A model generated the notes under the pieces. The model had not been told where the DNA came from. It did not search any database and saw only the letters and a list, made by a program, of their open reading frames with translations. The position numbers were made by a program, and so were the translations under genes. Positions 49,770-61,975 of a DNA stretch of 64,000 nucleotides are shown piece by piece. Position 1 is the first letter of the stretch. Every line of letters begins with the position of its first letter. Source of the DNA: Centroscyllium fabricii (lineage: Eukaryota); NCBI GenBank assembly GCA_051313645.2, contig JBNRSN020000012.1:115630001-115694000 (forward strand). Direction: 5' to 3'.

Positions 49770-51492
49770 GAGGAAACCTCCACGTCCATGTCCCGTCTCA
49801 CCATCATACCTCTCATGAGCTGCCCACACTTCCCTGCTAGCAAGGAGCTGGCAAGCACCTTGCTGCATAGCAGTGGGGCCATGAGGACCCATGTCTACGT
49901 TTAGATCCTTCCTAAAGCGGAGGTCTATGAGCCTCTGCCATCTTTTCTCCATAGCTAGCATGTGCTAATGTGAGTGGTGCATTAGCTGCTCCATGCAGGT
50001 GGCCATCCTTTCCATGGAAGAGCACATCGTCGCCATCGCCCTCAACATGGTGCTGCTCATGTTGGAGATGGAATCCTCCATTCTCTGAACATTTGCAAAC
50101 ATCGCAACTGCAAAAACTGTCAGAGCCTCATGCAATTGTTGCTGCCCATTCAGGGTCACCCTCTTTCTCGATGGCCCGCCTACATGCAGCTGAGCAGAGC
50201 TTGGAGCATCCTGCGCCCCCTAGCGAGGATTCTCCACTGCTGTCCCTGTCAACACCATCTGCTCTTGCTCTCTTGTGATGTAAGAGACACCAGGTGACAA
50301 CACTACTCTATCTTGCATAGGACCCACCGAGGTGTGCGTATCTGAGCTGGTGCTGGGAGTGCTTGGGAGGCTCCTCTGAGAAGTTGTCTTCCTCTTCTGG
50401 CTGGATGGTGGGGGGTGGGGGTGGCTAATGATGGACGTGTGGGAGAATAAAGAGATGATTTAGTAATGTTATATTAAGAATGGGTACCGATACCATTGCA
50501 CATGATGAACATTCACTGGCTGTTGACATCAGTCACCATGTGAGTGAGTGCTGTATGCCATGTGGCTGTATGAGATGTAATTCTGTTACCAAGTTGCTGA
50601 GAGGTCCCCCTCTCTCCGTCTCCCACCGCCATCAGCTCTGCAACTCTTGAGACCTCCAGGAGCACCTCCTGTGCTGCAGTTAAAGTACTGAAGGATGGAG
50701 GGCCACTTCCGGTTCTCTTCCTCTGCCTGTTGTGCACTCGCTTCTCCTGCAAGGAGGGAAAGAAGAGAAATTTGAGTGAGAGTAATGGAGTGAGTGTAAG
50801 GAATGTGTGGGTGACCAGAGTGTGGTAACCCATATTATGTATATTTACCACTGCATTATTGTTGCCAACAATTGGCTGTGTGTGATACACAGCCTGTAAT
50901 ACTGTCGTGGAGCCAGGTCAGCCACACCTCTAACTCCTCCCCCAGGTGAGGCCTTTATAGGTGAGGACTGACCGAGGCTCCCTCATTCTGTTCTGATGTT
51001 CGTTCGGAGGGTAGCTCCAAAGTAAGTTATTAAAAGCCTATAGTTATGGTAACTACTCGTCCAGTCTTTTATTAAGAGATATTGACGATACGTCACAGAG
51101 GATGTGAGTATGTACATATAGAGAGAGGGCTGGGTGGAATGCACGGTATGTTGGTGTGAGGAATGATGTGCAGGAGCAGGCTTGGGAAGGCAGAGTGATG
51201 GGAGTGTGTTGATGGGCACTTCAGGATGAGGATGAGTGTGACTTTACACTCACCCTTTCTGATCTCATCAGATCATTGAAGTGCTTCCTGCAATGTATCC
51301 AGGTCCTCCTTATGACAACCCTGCTGTTGACCTACTCAGCAATTTGGAGCCAGGCCCTTTGGGCTCCTGGGGAGGTCTCTTCCGCTCATCAGCAGGAAAG
51401 AAGACCTCCCTGCTTGCTCTGACTCCCTCTACAAGAATATGTAATGATTCATTGGAAAAGTGGAGTGCAGCCCTCTGTCTTTGCGAACCCAT
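49770..51492 (-). pseudogene. Harbinger ORF2 Myb/SANT-like DNA-binding protein remnant (spliced)
   Basis: MGSQRQRAALHFSNESLHILVEGV..AWLQIAE*VNS..RTWIHCRKHFNDL /gtgagt (51253); next exon EKRVHNRQRKRTGSGPP. Confidence 0.8.
50821..51095 (+). mobile_element. Solo LTR (TGTGGTAA...CGTCA) in the Myb-gene intron
   Basis: Perfect 5-bp TSD CAGAG; same start as the Gypsy LTRs; attaaaagcc poly(A) region. Confidence 0.85.
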
Positions 51493-52686
51493 TTTTCTAT
51501 TTCTCAGCAACAACACTCTCCTCTCCAATCCTCCCTCCACATTCCTACATGAACCTTCAAATGTGATGTGGCCAAGGCTGCTTTAAATATCCCCGCTGGA
51601 AATTAGTCATTGATGATGTCATCAGACCCGCACCGTTTCATTGGGCCAGGAAACCCGCATGTCTGCCTTAATAGGGGCCATTACACTAAAGTCGCTCTGA
51701 AGTGTGGACTGATCAATACATCACGGTACTGACCCACTACGTGGCCCGCACGCACCCGACCCGACTTGGCAGGGAAAATTCTGGCCGAAGAGAGGGGAAA
51801 AAATTACTGTAGTAAGAGAAGAAAAAAGAGACCAAAAGGAAACTTTTAAAATTTTAACATTTGGAAAATCTCCAACAGCGATTGAGACTCCATATTTGTA
51901 ATAGTTAATTTTCAGTGCCAGAGAGATTGACTAACAGTAATTAACATTTATCACGTTGTTAAAAGGGTACTTAGACTGAAATGGATAAGACTTAACTTTC
52001 TGTGGCAAGTTTATTCGTATCTACCGCACAAAGGGAGCAACTTCACACTGCTCAATGTATTTCAATGAGAAGTGAGGTGTCATTTTCATTAAGCTAACAG
52101 CATCTCGGACAGCAACTTTGGATTTCCATATTTAACCACGCATCTGCCCTTGCCTGAAGTTGCTGTGGCATTTGCACGTAAATAACAGTGAACGCTATTA
52201 GCCATACCTTTATTTTGACTGCAAATTATGGGCCAATTATGACTGAGTGCAGAATTTCTGTATCTACATTTTAGTACCTGCAAACTCCTCTGTGTGATTA
52301 GCTCGTGAATCACCTGAGAAATCAAACTGGATGAATATGAAATATTATAGTGAGGATTTTCTGATCTGCCTGGTTTTCTGGCTCCAATATGTATTTGATC
52401 ATAAGGATTCTAATGGTATATAGAGAAGTATAGTTTTACCTTATTTAAATTTGTCCTCCTCCATCTCTTTTGGGGTTTTACATATCCATAAAATTCATGG
52501 CATAGGTGCAGGCTTAAAAAAAATTGATTGGTGCTGATCCTTCGATTAGTAAAATCAAGTTCATGAATTATTGATGAAAGGAGTGTGTGTAAATGAATAA
52601 AAATTCCAGCATCATATCCTCTTCCCTTTTCCACCTAAGAACATAAGAAATAGAAGCAGGAGTAGGCCATACAGCCCCTTGACCCT

Positions 52687-55440
52687 TGTTAGGGTAAAAA
52701 ATAAGTCTTCCCTCCTCCCAAGCGGACCCCCTGAGATAAGTGTAGGTCCCTTACAGTCAGAAGCAGGAGAAATGATAATGGGAAACAAAGAAATGGCTGA
52801 ACAATTAAATTCATATTTTGGCTCTGTGTTTACAAAGGAGGACACAAGTAACCTCCCAGAGATATTGAGAAAAATAAGGTTTGATGATGGGGAGGAATTA
52901 AAGGATATCCGTATTTGCAGGGAAATGGTTTTAGGGAAATTGAAGGGATTGAAGGCCGATAAATCCCCGGGGCCTGATGGTCTACATCCTAGGGTACTTA
53001 GGGAGGTAGCCATGGAAATAGTAGATGCATTGCTGATTATCTTCCAGCAATCGATGGAATCTGGAACTGTACCCATGGATTGGAGGGTGGCAAATGTTAC
53101 CCCACTATTCAAGAAGGGTGGTAGGGAGAAAGCAGGAAATTACAGACCAGTAAGCCTGACATCGGTAGTGGGAAAGATGCTGGAGTCCATAATAAAGGAT
53201 GAAATCACTGAGCACTTTAAAAGCAGCGGCAGGATTAGACAAAGTCAACATGGATTTACAAAAGGTAAATCATGCTTGACTAATCTGCTGGAATTTTTTG
53301 AGGATTTAACTGGGAAAATTGATCAGGGAGAACCAGTAGATGTGATATACTTGGACTTTCAGAAGGCATTCGACAAGGTCCCGCACAAGAGACTAGCATT
53401 TAAAGTTAAGGCACATGGGATTGGGGGCAAGGTATTGACTTGGATTGAAAATTGGTTGGCAGACAGAAAGCAGAGAGTGGGAGTAAATGGGTCTTTTTCT
53501 GGGTGGCGGGCAGTGACTAGTGGGGTACCACAGGGCTCAGTCCTGGGACCCCAGCTATTCACAATATACATTAATGATTTAGAAAAGGGAACTAAATCTA
53601 ATGTCTCCAAGTTTGCAGATGACACAAAGCTGGGAGGGCGTGTGTGCTGCGAGAAGGATAGCAGGATGCTCCAGGATGATTTGGACATGTTGGGCGAGTG
53701 GGCTGATACATGGCAGATGCAGTATAATGTGGATAAATGCGAGGTTATCCACTTTGGGGGAAAAAATAGAAATGCCGACTATTATCTAAATGGCAATAGA
53801 TTAGGAGAAAGGGAAGTACAACGAGACTTGGGTGTCCTGGTGCACCGGTCACTAAAGGTGAGCTTGCAGGTGCAGCAGGCGGTTAAGAAGACAAATGGTA
53901 TGTTGGCCTTCATAGCGAGAGGTTTTGAGTACAGGAATAGGGAGGTCTTGCTGCAGTTGTACAAGGCTTTGGTGAGACCAAGCCTTGAGTACTGTGTGCA
54001 GTTTTGGTCTCCTTATCTAAGGAAGGACGTTCTTGCCATGGAGGGAGTGCAGAGGAGATTCACCAGGCTGATACCTGGGATGGCAGGATTGACATATGGG
54101 GAGAGACTGGGTAGACTGGGTTTGTACTCTCTGGAGTTTAGAAGATTGAGAGGGGATCTCATCGAAACGTATAAAATTCTAACTGGTCTGGACAGACTTG
54201 ATGCAGGAAGAATGTTCCCGATGGTAGGAGAGTCCAGAACCAGGGGTCATAGTCTAAGGATAAGGGGTGACTCATTTAGGACGGAGATGAGGAGAAATTT
54301 CTTCAGCCAGAGGGTGGTGGGGCTGTGGAATTTGCTGCCCCAGAGAGCTGTGGAAGCTACTACTTTGAATAAATTTAAAACAGAGATAGACAGTTTCCTG
54401 GAAGAAAAGGGAATTAAGGGTTATGGTGAGCGGGCAGGCAAGTGGACATGAGGATAAGTTCAGATCGGCCATGTGATCTCCTGGACTAGTTTTCGATCGC
54501 TTAGATGGGTCGGAGAGGAATTTCCCAGATTTTTTCTCCCAAATTGGCTAATGGGTTTTTTATCTGGTTTTTCGCCTCTCCCGGGTGATCACATGTGTTT
54601 GGCTGGGATGGAAAGTTAAAATAAAATTGAGGTTGGGATCAGATCAGCCATGATCTTGTTGAATGGCGGAGCAGGCTCGAGGGGCCGATTGGCCTACTCC
54701 TGCTCCTATTTCTTATGTTCTTATGTAAGGGGCCGACACTTACCCTATAGCAACCACGAATTCACCAGACGGACACCTTGGAGAAGTTTCACGATCTTTA
54801 TTCAAGCATATGCAGGGGGAAAATCTCAGTCAATTCAATTTCAATTTCAATTTAAAAAACTTAATTGGCATGACAGGATACATCCCTATGTTGCCAAAGT
54901 ATAAAACATAACATACATAGTTAAAATGCATAGATACAGATACAGATACAGGTATACAATGTATGGGCAGATATGCCCCTGTACATATGTATATATATAT
55001 ACACACAATACATCTGTAACCTTTTATCGGTTGCTACACGTTCTTGCAGTTCGTGTCATTAGTCTCATTCCAGAGAAAGGATTCTTCCCCCGAGTATCAA
55101 ATACGTACAGCAATTATACCCTAACTTGAGGTGTGCACCCCTCGTGCACCCCCTTCCACGATCATTGATTGGTCTACAGAATAGGTGAAGGGCTGTGTCC
55201 ATTCTGCCCCTTATCAGGGAGGTTGCTGAATGGTTCACAGAAACTCCTCTTTACAGCATTCGTGGGCTAATTTATCTGTTCCTGCGCTGGCCAGGAGGTG
55301 CTTACATCATGCTTTGAGAATCTGTATGTCCTGCCTTATCTTAAGCAAGGACAAAAGACCAGCTTATCAGCTTTACAATTCCTGTCTTATCTGGGTCCTA
55401 CATCCCAAAGCAAGGACAGGAGACAAACTTATCATTCTTC
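52687..55440 (-). mobile_element. Fragmented ERV-like LTR interrupted by CR1 (52741-54725) and an RTEX-like tail (~54831-55040)
   Basis: On the minus strand, GATA cluster, CCAAT, TATAAT, AATAAA and terminal AACA occur in U3-R-U5 order; taag duplicated around the CR1. Confidence 0.55.
52741..54725 (+). mobile_element. Young 5'-truncated CR1 LINE with an uninterrupted RT frame
   Basis: ORF 52679-54451 open through YRPVSLTS, PQGSVLGP, KFADD to the natural stop; (ttcttatg)n tail. Confidence 0.96.
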
Positions 55441-55442
55441 TA

Positions 55443-55683
55443 GTGCGGGTTAGGTTGATTGGCCATGATAAAATTGACCCTTAGTGTTAGGGGGATTGGA
55501 TATGTGGGGTTACGGGGATAGGGTGGGATATGTGTCGGTGCAGGCTCGATACTGATATGGGGACAAGGCAGGGAGGGGGTGCTGGGTTTAGATGATCAGC
55601 CATGATCTCATTGAATGGCGGAGCAGGCTCGAAGGGCCGAATGGCCTACTCCTGCTCCTATCTTCTATGTTTCTATGTTTCTA
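55443..55683 (+). mobile_element. HE1-like SINE 3' half (long tail)
   Basis: Matches 40982-41212. Confidence 0.88.
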
Positions 55684-55985
55684 GTTTCCACTAATTTTAA
55701 TTCTGAGAAGAGATAGTTTCTTCTAACTTTTAATTCGAAGAAATCATTTTTGTCCCCTTACAAGCCTGTTCCGCCATTCATAAGATTGTGGCTGCTCTTT
55801 GACCTCATCTCCACTTTCCTGCTGGATCTCCATATCCCGCGATTCCCTTAGAGTCCAAAAATCTTTGCTAACTGACATCCCTTCATTGTGTATGTTTCCT
55901 GTTGCAGTGTGTTTAACTTTACATTTTTCTACATTAAAAATACATCTACCAGTGGACTAGGTGGTGCAGTGGGTTAGGACACTAT

Positions 55986-56747
55986 GGGGGAAAAATTGGG
56001 TGGCACCCGCTTTTGAGCACTAACCTCGGTGGAGCGCTACTTTTAGCGCCCCGAAAAAGTTTGCACCGTTCTGCCGCAAATTCAGTTGCAGCGCCCCAAG
56101 CAGGAGTTGGGACGCTCCTGGAAGCACTCCACCTCATTCCTAGGGCGCTGCAACTGAATTTCTTGGCGCTGCATGCCACAGCACCATGCACCACGGCACA
56201 TCACGCCGCGGTACTACAGGCCTTCTTCCCCTTCTTAAAGGGGAGTGGCCTAGCGCAGCACAACCCAGGGACCAGCTCGGCCACCGGGGATTGGAAGTAC
56301 CGGCAAAAGAGCCCGGCACTCGAGAGAAGTGCTGGGCTCACGGAGCGCAGCCGGCACTCCGCAGTGGGGCTGCAGAGGAGGCCAGGGACGGCAGAGGGGG
56401 CAGGTGCTGGCAGGCGGCCAGCAACAAAAATGGCCGTCCGGATCCGCTCCTTTAACTTGCGCTGCCCCGGCTGCAAGTATGCCCCCCTGACCCTGTCGGA
56501 CAAAGCATCCAGCGGTAAGCCAGGGGGCACAACTGAAGATCACGGCCGGGGCGCGAGCAGGGCGCTGCACACGGTGATGACATCATCGCTGGCGGTGCAG
56601 CGCCATGGGGCACTAATGGCTATCGCCGCCGCCAGCCTCCCGCTGAATTTCACGGGAGGCGTGGGCGGCGCCACGCCCAGGTGCTTTGCGCCCCATTAGC
56701 GCCCCTCGGGCACTAACAGCTGATGCAAGCAACCCATTTTCTAGCCC
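55986..56747 (+). mobile_element. MITE family B, copy 4
   Basis: TSD TAT; GGGGGAAAAATTGGGTGGC...GCAACCCATTTTCTAGCCC. Confidence 0.88.
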
Positions 56748-57094
56748 TATTTTTCACCTCTGTGCGTTTTGGGTTTGTATGCAGCCCGATTAAAGAGACA
56801 TTTACTGTGAAGCTCCTGTGTGCAATAACTTTGGGTAATTTCTACCTAGTTCTGAGTGGGTATAGACTTCGAGCACAAATTACTCCTATCTGGCATTCGA
56901 TTATATTCTCACTTTTTCACAACGATAGCCAGTTTTTTGCTTTAAAGAAGGGAAAAAAAATCACTCTGTGTTTTGCAATTGTGCCCCATTGTTCGCAGAC
57001 TGAGGTGTTAAGGTATGCTAATATGCTTGTGTGCTCTAGGGTTGGATGTATGGGATCAAATTTCTCCCCTCCCCCATGTGTGTGATCTTTGACT

Positions 57095-57235
57095 TTAGTT
57101 TCTCTTTCACCTGACGAAGGGGCAAAAGCTCCGAAAGCTTGTGATTTAAAATAAAACGTTGGACTTTAAACCTGGTGTTGTGTGACTTTTTGCATTTGTC
57201 CACCCCAGTCCAACACCGGCACCTCCGCATTATGA
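57095..57235 (+). mobile_element. Penelope-like P2 pseudo-LTR fragment
   Basis: Reverse complement of 38322-38455, including the extension. Confidence 0.8.
57107..57144 (+). ncRNA. Minimal type I hammerhead ribozyme motif (Penelope-type)
   Basis: UCAC-CUGACGA-A-GGGGC-AAAA-GCUCC-GAAA-GCUU-GUGA: stem I UCAC/GUGA, 5-bp stem II, palindromic minimal stem III. Confidence 0.7.
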
Positions 57236-57456
57236 AATAAAGCAGTGTACCCTGTTTTTTTCTAGTCTGTTGGAGCATCAGTATTTCTTGAGTTTATTTG
57301 ATATCTGATAAATCTGACTTTGTAAGTAACAGCATCACATTTTTTTTAAATGATTTGAAGGTGAACCTTAAATTATTTGATCAATTGTAATATCATAATA
57401 TTTGAATCCTCAATAGAATGTACTCACTCAATTATATTTTTATTTTTCTCTGGCAG

Positions 57457-57532
57457 CTGAATTATGCTTTCACTTCTTCCAACTTCTACTCTTCTCAATC
57501 TATTATCTCCTTCACTACTGTTACCAAAAATG
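57457..57532 (+). CDS. DOCK10: Candidate alternative DOCK10 penultimate exon LNYAFTSSNFYSSQSIISFTTVTKN(G), 76 nt; if its donor is not used the frame ends at TGA 57573
   Basis: tttttatttttctctggcag/ acceptor, G/gtatgt donor, in frame after MNEQ; same length and residue pattern as the recalled mammalian LCRGPCLYSFCSSVSSISLSTVSKS exon. Confidence 0.75.
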
Positions 57533-59903
57533 GTATGTCTGGACCTCTTTCTATGGTGAACTTTCACTCTTGACGATTTGATGCATGGTTTTGTATTTCA
57601 ACTTCTATTTTAATTTTTATTTGTCCAGTTTATTAATTTATTATAAAATGACTATCCAAAGCCATCAGCCACATTGCACATACATCTTACAACATTGACA
57701 AAATGTTTGTTTGTTTTCTCGTAACTGTTCAGTTGAAGTTGTAGCACGCGCAAATGATGCAGCTTACAAAGCATTTGGATAACATGATTTTGTACATTTA
57801 AAAATGCAACTGCCAACAAAGTAACATGATGGATTTAAATGCTGACTTTATTGTTAAATAACATATCACTAATTTTAATAAACATTTGTAATTCATCTCT
57901 ACAAATTTGCATGGTGCAATTAATTGTGCACTTTTTATGTCTTGCAGCAAAACATGTGATTCATTAAGCTGGTAAATTTTCAGCTTTATTAACTTGGCTT
58001 TGCATGAGTGAAAACTAGCTTTCTTGTAGCAGAATGCAATCTTGCTTCTTTTTCGCATTAATTGCCTGTGATAATTATTACTTTTAACCATAATAACCTA
58101 AGAAGCAATTATAAAATAACTCATTTGTACCAAGTCTGTGGTCAAACAAAATGTTGAAAAACAACAGTGCAAAAATGTTGTGCATCAACATTATTTTCGC
58201 ATCACAGACAACCCCACTTGTATGTGTTTAACTCAGCAACTCCACACACACCTTTACCAGCTTCTAATCCGATTCCATACTACTTCCAGCCTACACACTA
58301 CCACACAGCACTGCCCTGCCAACAATTATAGCTAGTGACAAGCAAGCAATAGAAAAACTGGATGAAAAAGCCACACAGGATAGCTATCAGACAACAACAG
58401 AAAATATACGTGTATCAGCCAATGACAGTCTGATTCCCTTACTAAATGGACACAAACAACTCCATAAATTAAACTTCCACTCCGAGCCCAAACCCTATCT
58501 GCACAGTAACATTACAGAAGAGACTTTTGTCCTTCACACAATTAAGAACCCACCCTGAATTCTCCAAATTAATTTTACAAGGGACATACAGAAATGTTTA
58601 AAATATTAGTTCTAGAAATGCAGCACATATTGCTATGTGAGACATAGAAAACATTTAAACATAACTAATCTGCATAACTCATTTATAACTTCACAGTTTG
58701 TGAGTTATGAGCTAATTAATTGATGAAGTATTTGCTGAATGTTCCTTGCATGCAGTATCCTTTATTCAATACTCTGGTGCATCAGTACTACCACAACATG
58801 AAAACGATGTAGTTAGATTTAAGAATGCACATGCCTACACATTTCTTTAATAGCTTTAAAATTCAACATTACATGGAATTATTTCTGGTGATGTTATGTG
58901 ACCAGAAAGGTGCATAGTTCAGTAAGTCCACTATGAGGTATGCTACCCTGGACCTAGATAGAGTTGATAGAAAATGTACAATGAGATTATACAACATTCA
59001 CCTAATTTGCTTTACTGAATATTATAACATTTCGGGTATTCAGAATATAGTAAACTAAATTTGTAGTTGTGAATTTGTTTTGTGTGTGGTAATTACAACT
59101 GGAATACTTATTTTTTTATTTTAAATTTGAAGATTTCAAAGTTCTTTTGATGTTCTAACTCTCTCCCAATTTTATGGAGTCCTATAATGTCCTGACATCA
59201 GAGTACCCTGTACTTCTGGTAGTTCAAATTTTTATGTTAAACTGATGAGTGATTTTTTTTAGCTAAACAAACCTTTCAGGGTTTCACTTCAGTGCATTTG
59301 GGTACAAACATGCAAACACTAATGTTAGGCTGAATTTGCAACAATTTGTGCATTTTTTTACCGAACCTCATTACTGTTACATGCATTGGAAATGAGTAAA
59401 GCTAGCAGCTGAAATTTGGTTGAAGCACATGCTGTAGAAGTGAGGAGGGATGTTCACTCTATGCATCCACAATGATAATTTACTCTCCCTAAAGGATACA
59501 AAGAAGGGTAACATTTTGCAAGGCTCTCTTCCTGCCTCAGAGCCTCACTAGAGGGGAGATTGGAAGTGTAAAAATCAGGTTTTCAGGCCCATGTGCTGTG
59601 GCTAAATCCATAACTATTTTGTGGTGACGACCTTTGGAGCTATGGGAGGGGAGGTACGGTGAACCCAGCCAAGGTTCAGTAGACATTTGAAAATTATGTA
59701 CATATATCTTGCTAGATTTCACATTTTTGGGATACACTCCATCCCCAGTGCTGACCTCGCCCTCAAAAATTGTGAGAGAATGCACCATTTTTGTTTACTT
59801 TTGCCAATATTTTCATAAATTATTCTTGGTTGTTGCTGCAATTTAAATAGTACCATGAAAGTAGGTGAGGATGGGAACTCCTTTGGGCTTCTAATAGTGC
59901 TGT

Positions 59904-60276
59904 ATAGAAACATAGAAGATAGGAGCAGGAGTCGGCCATTCGGCCCTTCGAGCCTGCTCCGCCACTCAATGAGATCATGGCTGATCATCCAAACCCAGTA
60001 CCCTGTCCCTGCCTTGTCCCCACATCCCTCTCGAGCCTGCACCGACACATATCCCACCCTATCCCCGTAACCCCCACATATTCAATCCCCCTAACACTAA
60101 GGGTCAATTTATCCTGGCCAATCAACCTAACCCGCACATCTTTGGACTGTGGGAGGAAACCGGAGCACCCGGAGGAAACCCACACAGACACGGGGAGAAT
60201 GTGCAAACTCCACACAGATAGTCACCCGAGGCCGGATTTGAACCCGGGTCTCCAGTGCTGTAAGGCAACAGTGCTA
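59904..60276 (-). mobile_element. HE1-type V-SINE (long tail)
   Basis: Reverse complement of 40840-41212. Confidence 0.92.
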
Positions 60277-60899
60277 GTATGATTTAGATGAAAGAGAAAA
60301 TGTCATGAGGGGGCAATAAATGCAGGTGAAATGATACCCGAGGCATTTTCTTTGCACCTGTGACTATTGCAGGACCAGAGATTGTTGACCAAGCCACACA
60401 TCCCTTCATGTGTCACTAGCAAGCCATCTTTCCTGCCCTGCTTCATAAAAGGGGCTGTTGCATAAGCTATGCCATCTGCTGCAAGTTCACCAGCAGACAA
60501 CTTGCACCACAGGAACAGCTTGTCCCATAGGCTTGCATTAACATTTTATGGTACTAGATCCTTCCAAGCAACCACTGGTGATGCATGACAATTTCATCAT
60601 TTAATTAAATTTGAAGAATAAAATTATAGTGGGTAGCAGTCCATTCAAATGAGCAGACGTTTCATTTCAAACATATGCAGTATTATTTCAACATTTATAC
60701 ATGCTCACACCCCCTCTGGTTGTTTGGTAAAAATATAGCGTAGCATTATTAATGGAATATGGTGACCATCTTGTGTTCCACTTGCTCAACAACTCATTTC
60801 CACTCAGCATCAGTTAGAGCACTTGTGTGTAATTCCAGGTCTTGTGTATAAGGTGTCGCTTCTCACATTTATCATCCGAAATTGCAGTCTGCCCATATC

Positions 60900-61057
60900 G
60901 GGTTTAAGCTTGGGTACGAGCGCACCAGAGCTTAAACCTGCAGGAAGCAGCCGGTTGCGCTGCTTCCGGTTTTCCTATGCCGGCCAGCGGGGGGGTTGGA
61001 GTTCCTGCGAGCTCCAGCGCAGGAAGCAGCGAACTAGGGGTTGCGTCCAGACATTAC

Positions 61058-61093
<36 letters not shown>

Positions 61094-61661
61094 AGTTTTT
61101 CTACGGACCAAGACCAGGAGATTCTACGCTGGGAAAAAGCAGTCGTAAGTATCCGTTTTTATCTGGTAAGTGTGTATTTTATTGATTTTAAGTGTTGTTT
61201 TTTCAGGTTTTTAATTGTTGTTAAATTTAAAGACAGGTAAATATTTTTTTAGACCTGTTGGAAGTTGAAAAAAAATTCTGTAAATTTTTTTTTTTTCTTT
61301 AAAATAGGTTATTTGTGTTAGTTGGGGTAATGTTAAAAAAAATGTTGGGTTTGTAAAATTTTATTTTTGTGTTTAGCTGTCTTTTGGGCAATCTCTCCTT
61401 TCAGAACTTGCACAGATTTCTCAGTGGAAGTTTTGAACGGAGAATTGGTTCCACTGATTGGCTCGCTGCCAATCAGGTGGTCTCAAAAGCCATCTCGCAC
61501 TAATTATGCCCTTCAGATGCCCATTAAGCTTGCACGGAGCTCTGACAGGCTGGGCTAACTGCAATTTCTGAGAGCAAAAAAGCAAAACTGAATATGGGCA
61601 GTTCAAGTGCGTTAAGCAGGTACTGTACCCGCACAAAGGTTCCACTGCAATTTCTGGGCCC
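60900..61661. mobile_element. Possible older MITE with an internal poly(A) run (61043-61071)
   Basis: GC-rich ends ggg.../...aatttctgggccc around an A/T-tract interior; weak TIR. Confidence 0.35.
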
Positions 61662-61849
61662 ATGCAACTCTGCATTTGCTGTGCCAGTATTTTGCTTAAA
61701 TAAGACAAGTTTTCTGGTCAGCTGCATTGCATTTCCTCCCCCTCCCCCCAACTGTTTGCATATGATGTTTGCATATGGTGTTTGGTTTTAAGAAGTGTAT
61801 CTCTTACTTTCTTTTAACTTATTTTATTATTTTTTGGGGGAAAAAACAG

Positions 61850-61975
61850 GTTGTGTACGGGGAGGATATGACAAAGCAGCAAGGAACGGAACGGCAGCAC
61901 GTGTCCAGAGCCATCAGTAGGACCATCACCGCCAACAACCTGCCAGGAGCAACAGTCACATCAAACACGGAATAA
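61850..61975 (+). CDS. DOCK10: DOCK10 terminal coding exon VVYGEDMTKQQGTERQHVSRAISRTITANNLPGATVTSNTE*
   Basis: acag/ acceptor; aligns loosely with recalled ITGRDDLSKRGVDQTCTRVISKATPALPTVSISSSAEV; followed by AT-rich, repeat-free UTR-like sequence. Confidence 0.8.
   Translation, partial: VVYGEDMTKQQGTERQHVSRAISRTITANNLPGATVTSNTE

Larger units (their letters stand above)
46687..51786. mobile_element. Decayed two-gene PIF/Harbinger transposon
   Basis: Termini ggctgagattttccc / gggaaaattctggcc; convergent transposase (+) and Myb/SANT (-) remnants. Confidence 0.85.

Noticed and set aside
52679-54451. 590-aa ORF as a host gene or an active LINE
   Set aside because: 5'-truncated CR1 ORF2 lacking the endonuclease; its first ~20 codons come from flanking sequence with a non-ATG start
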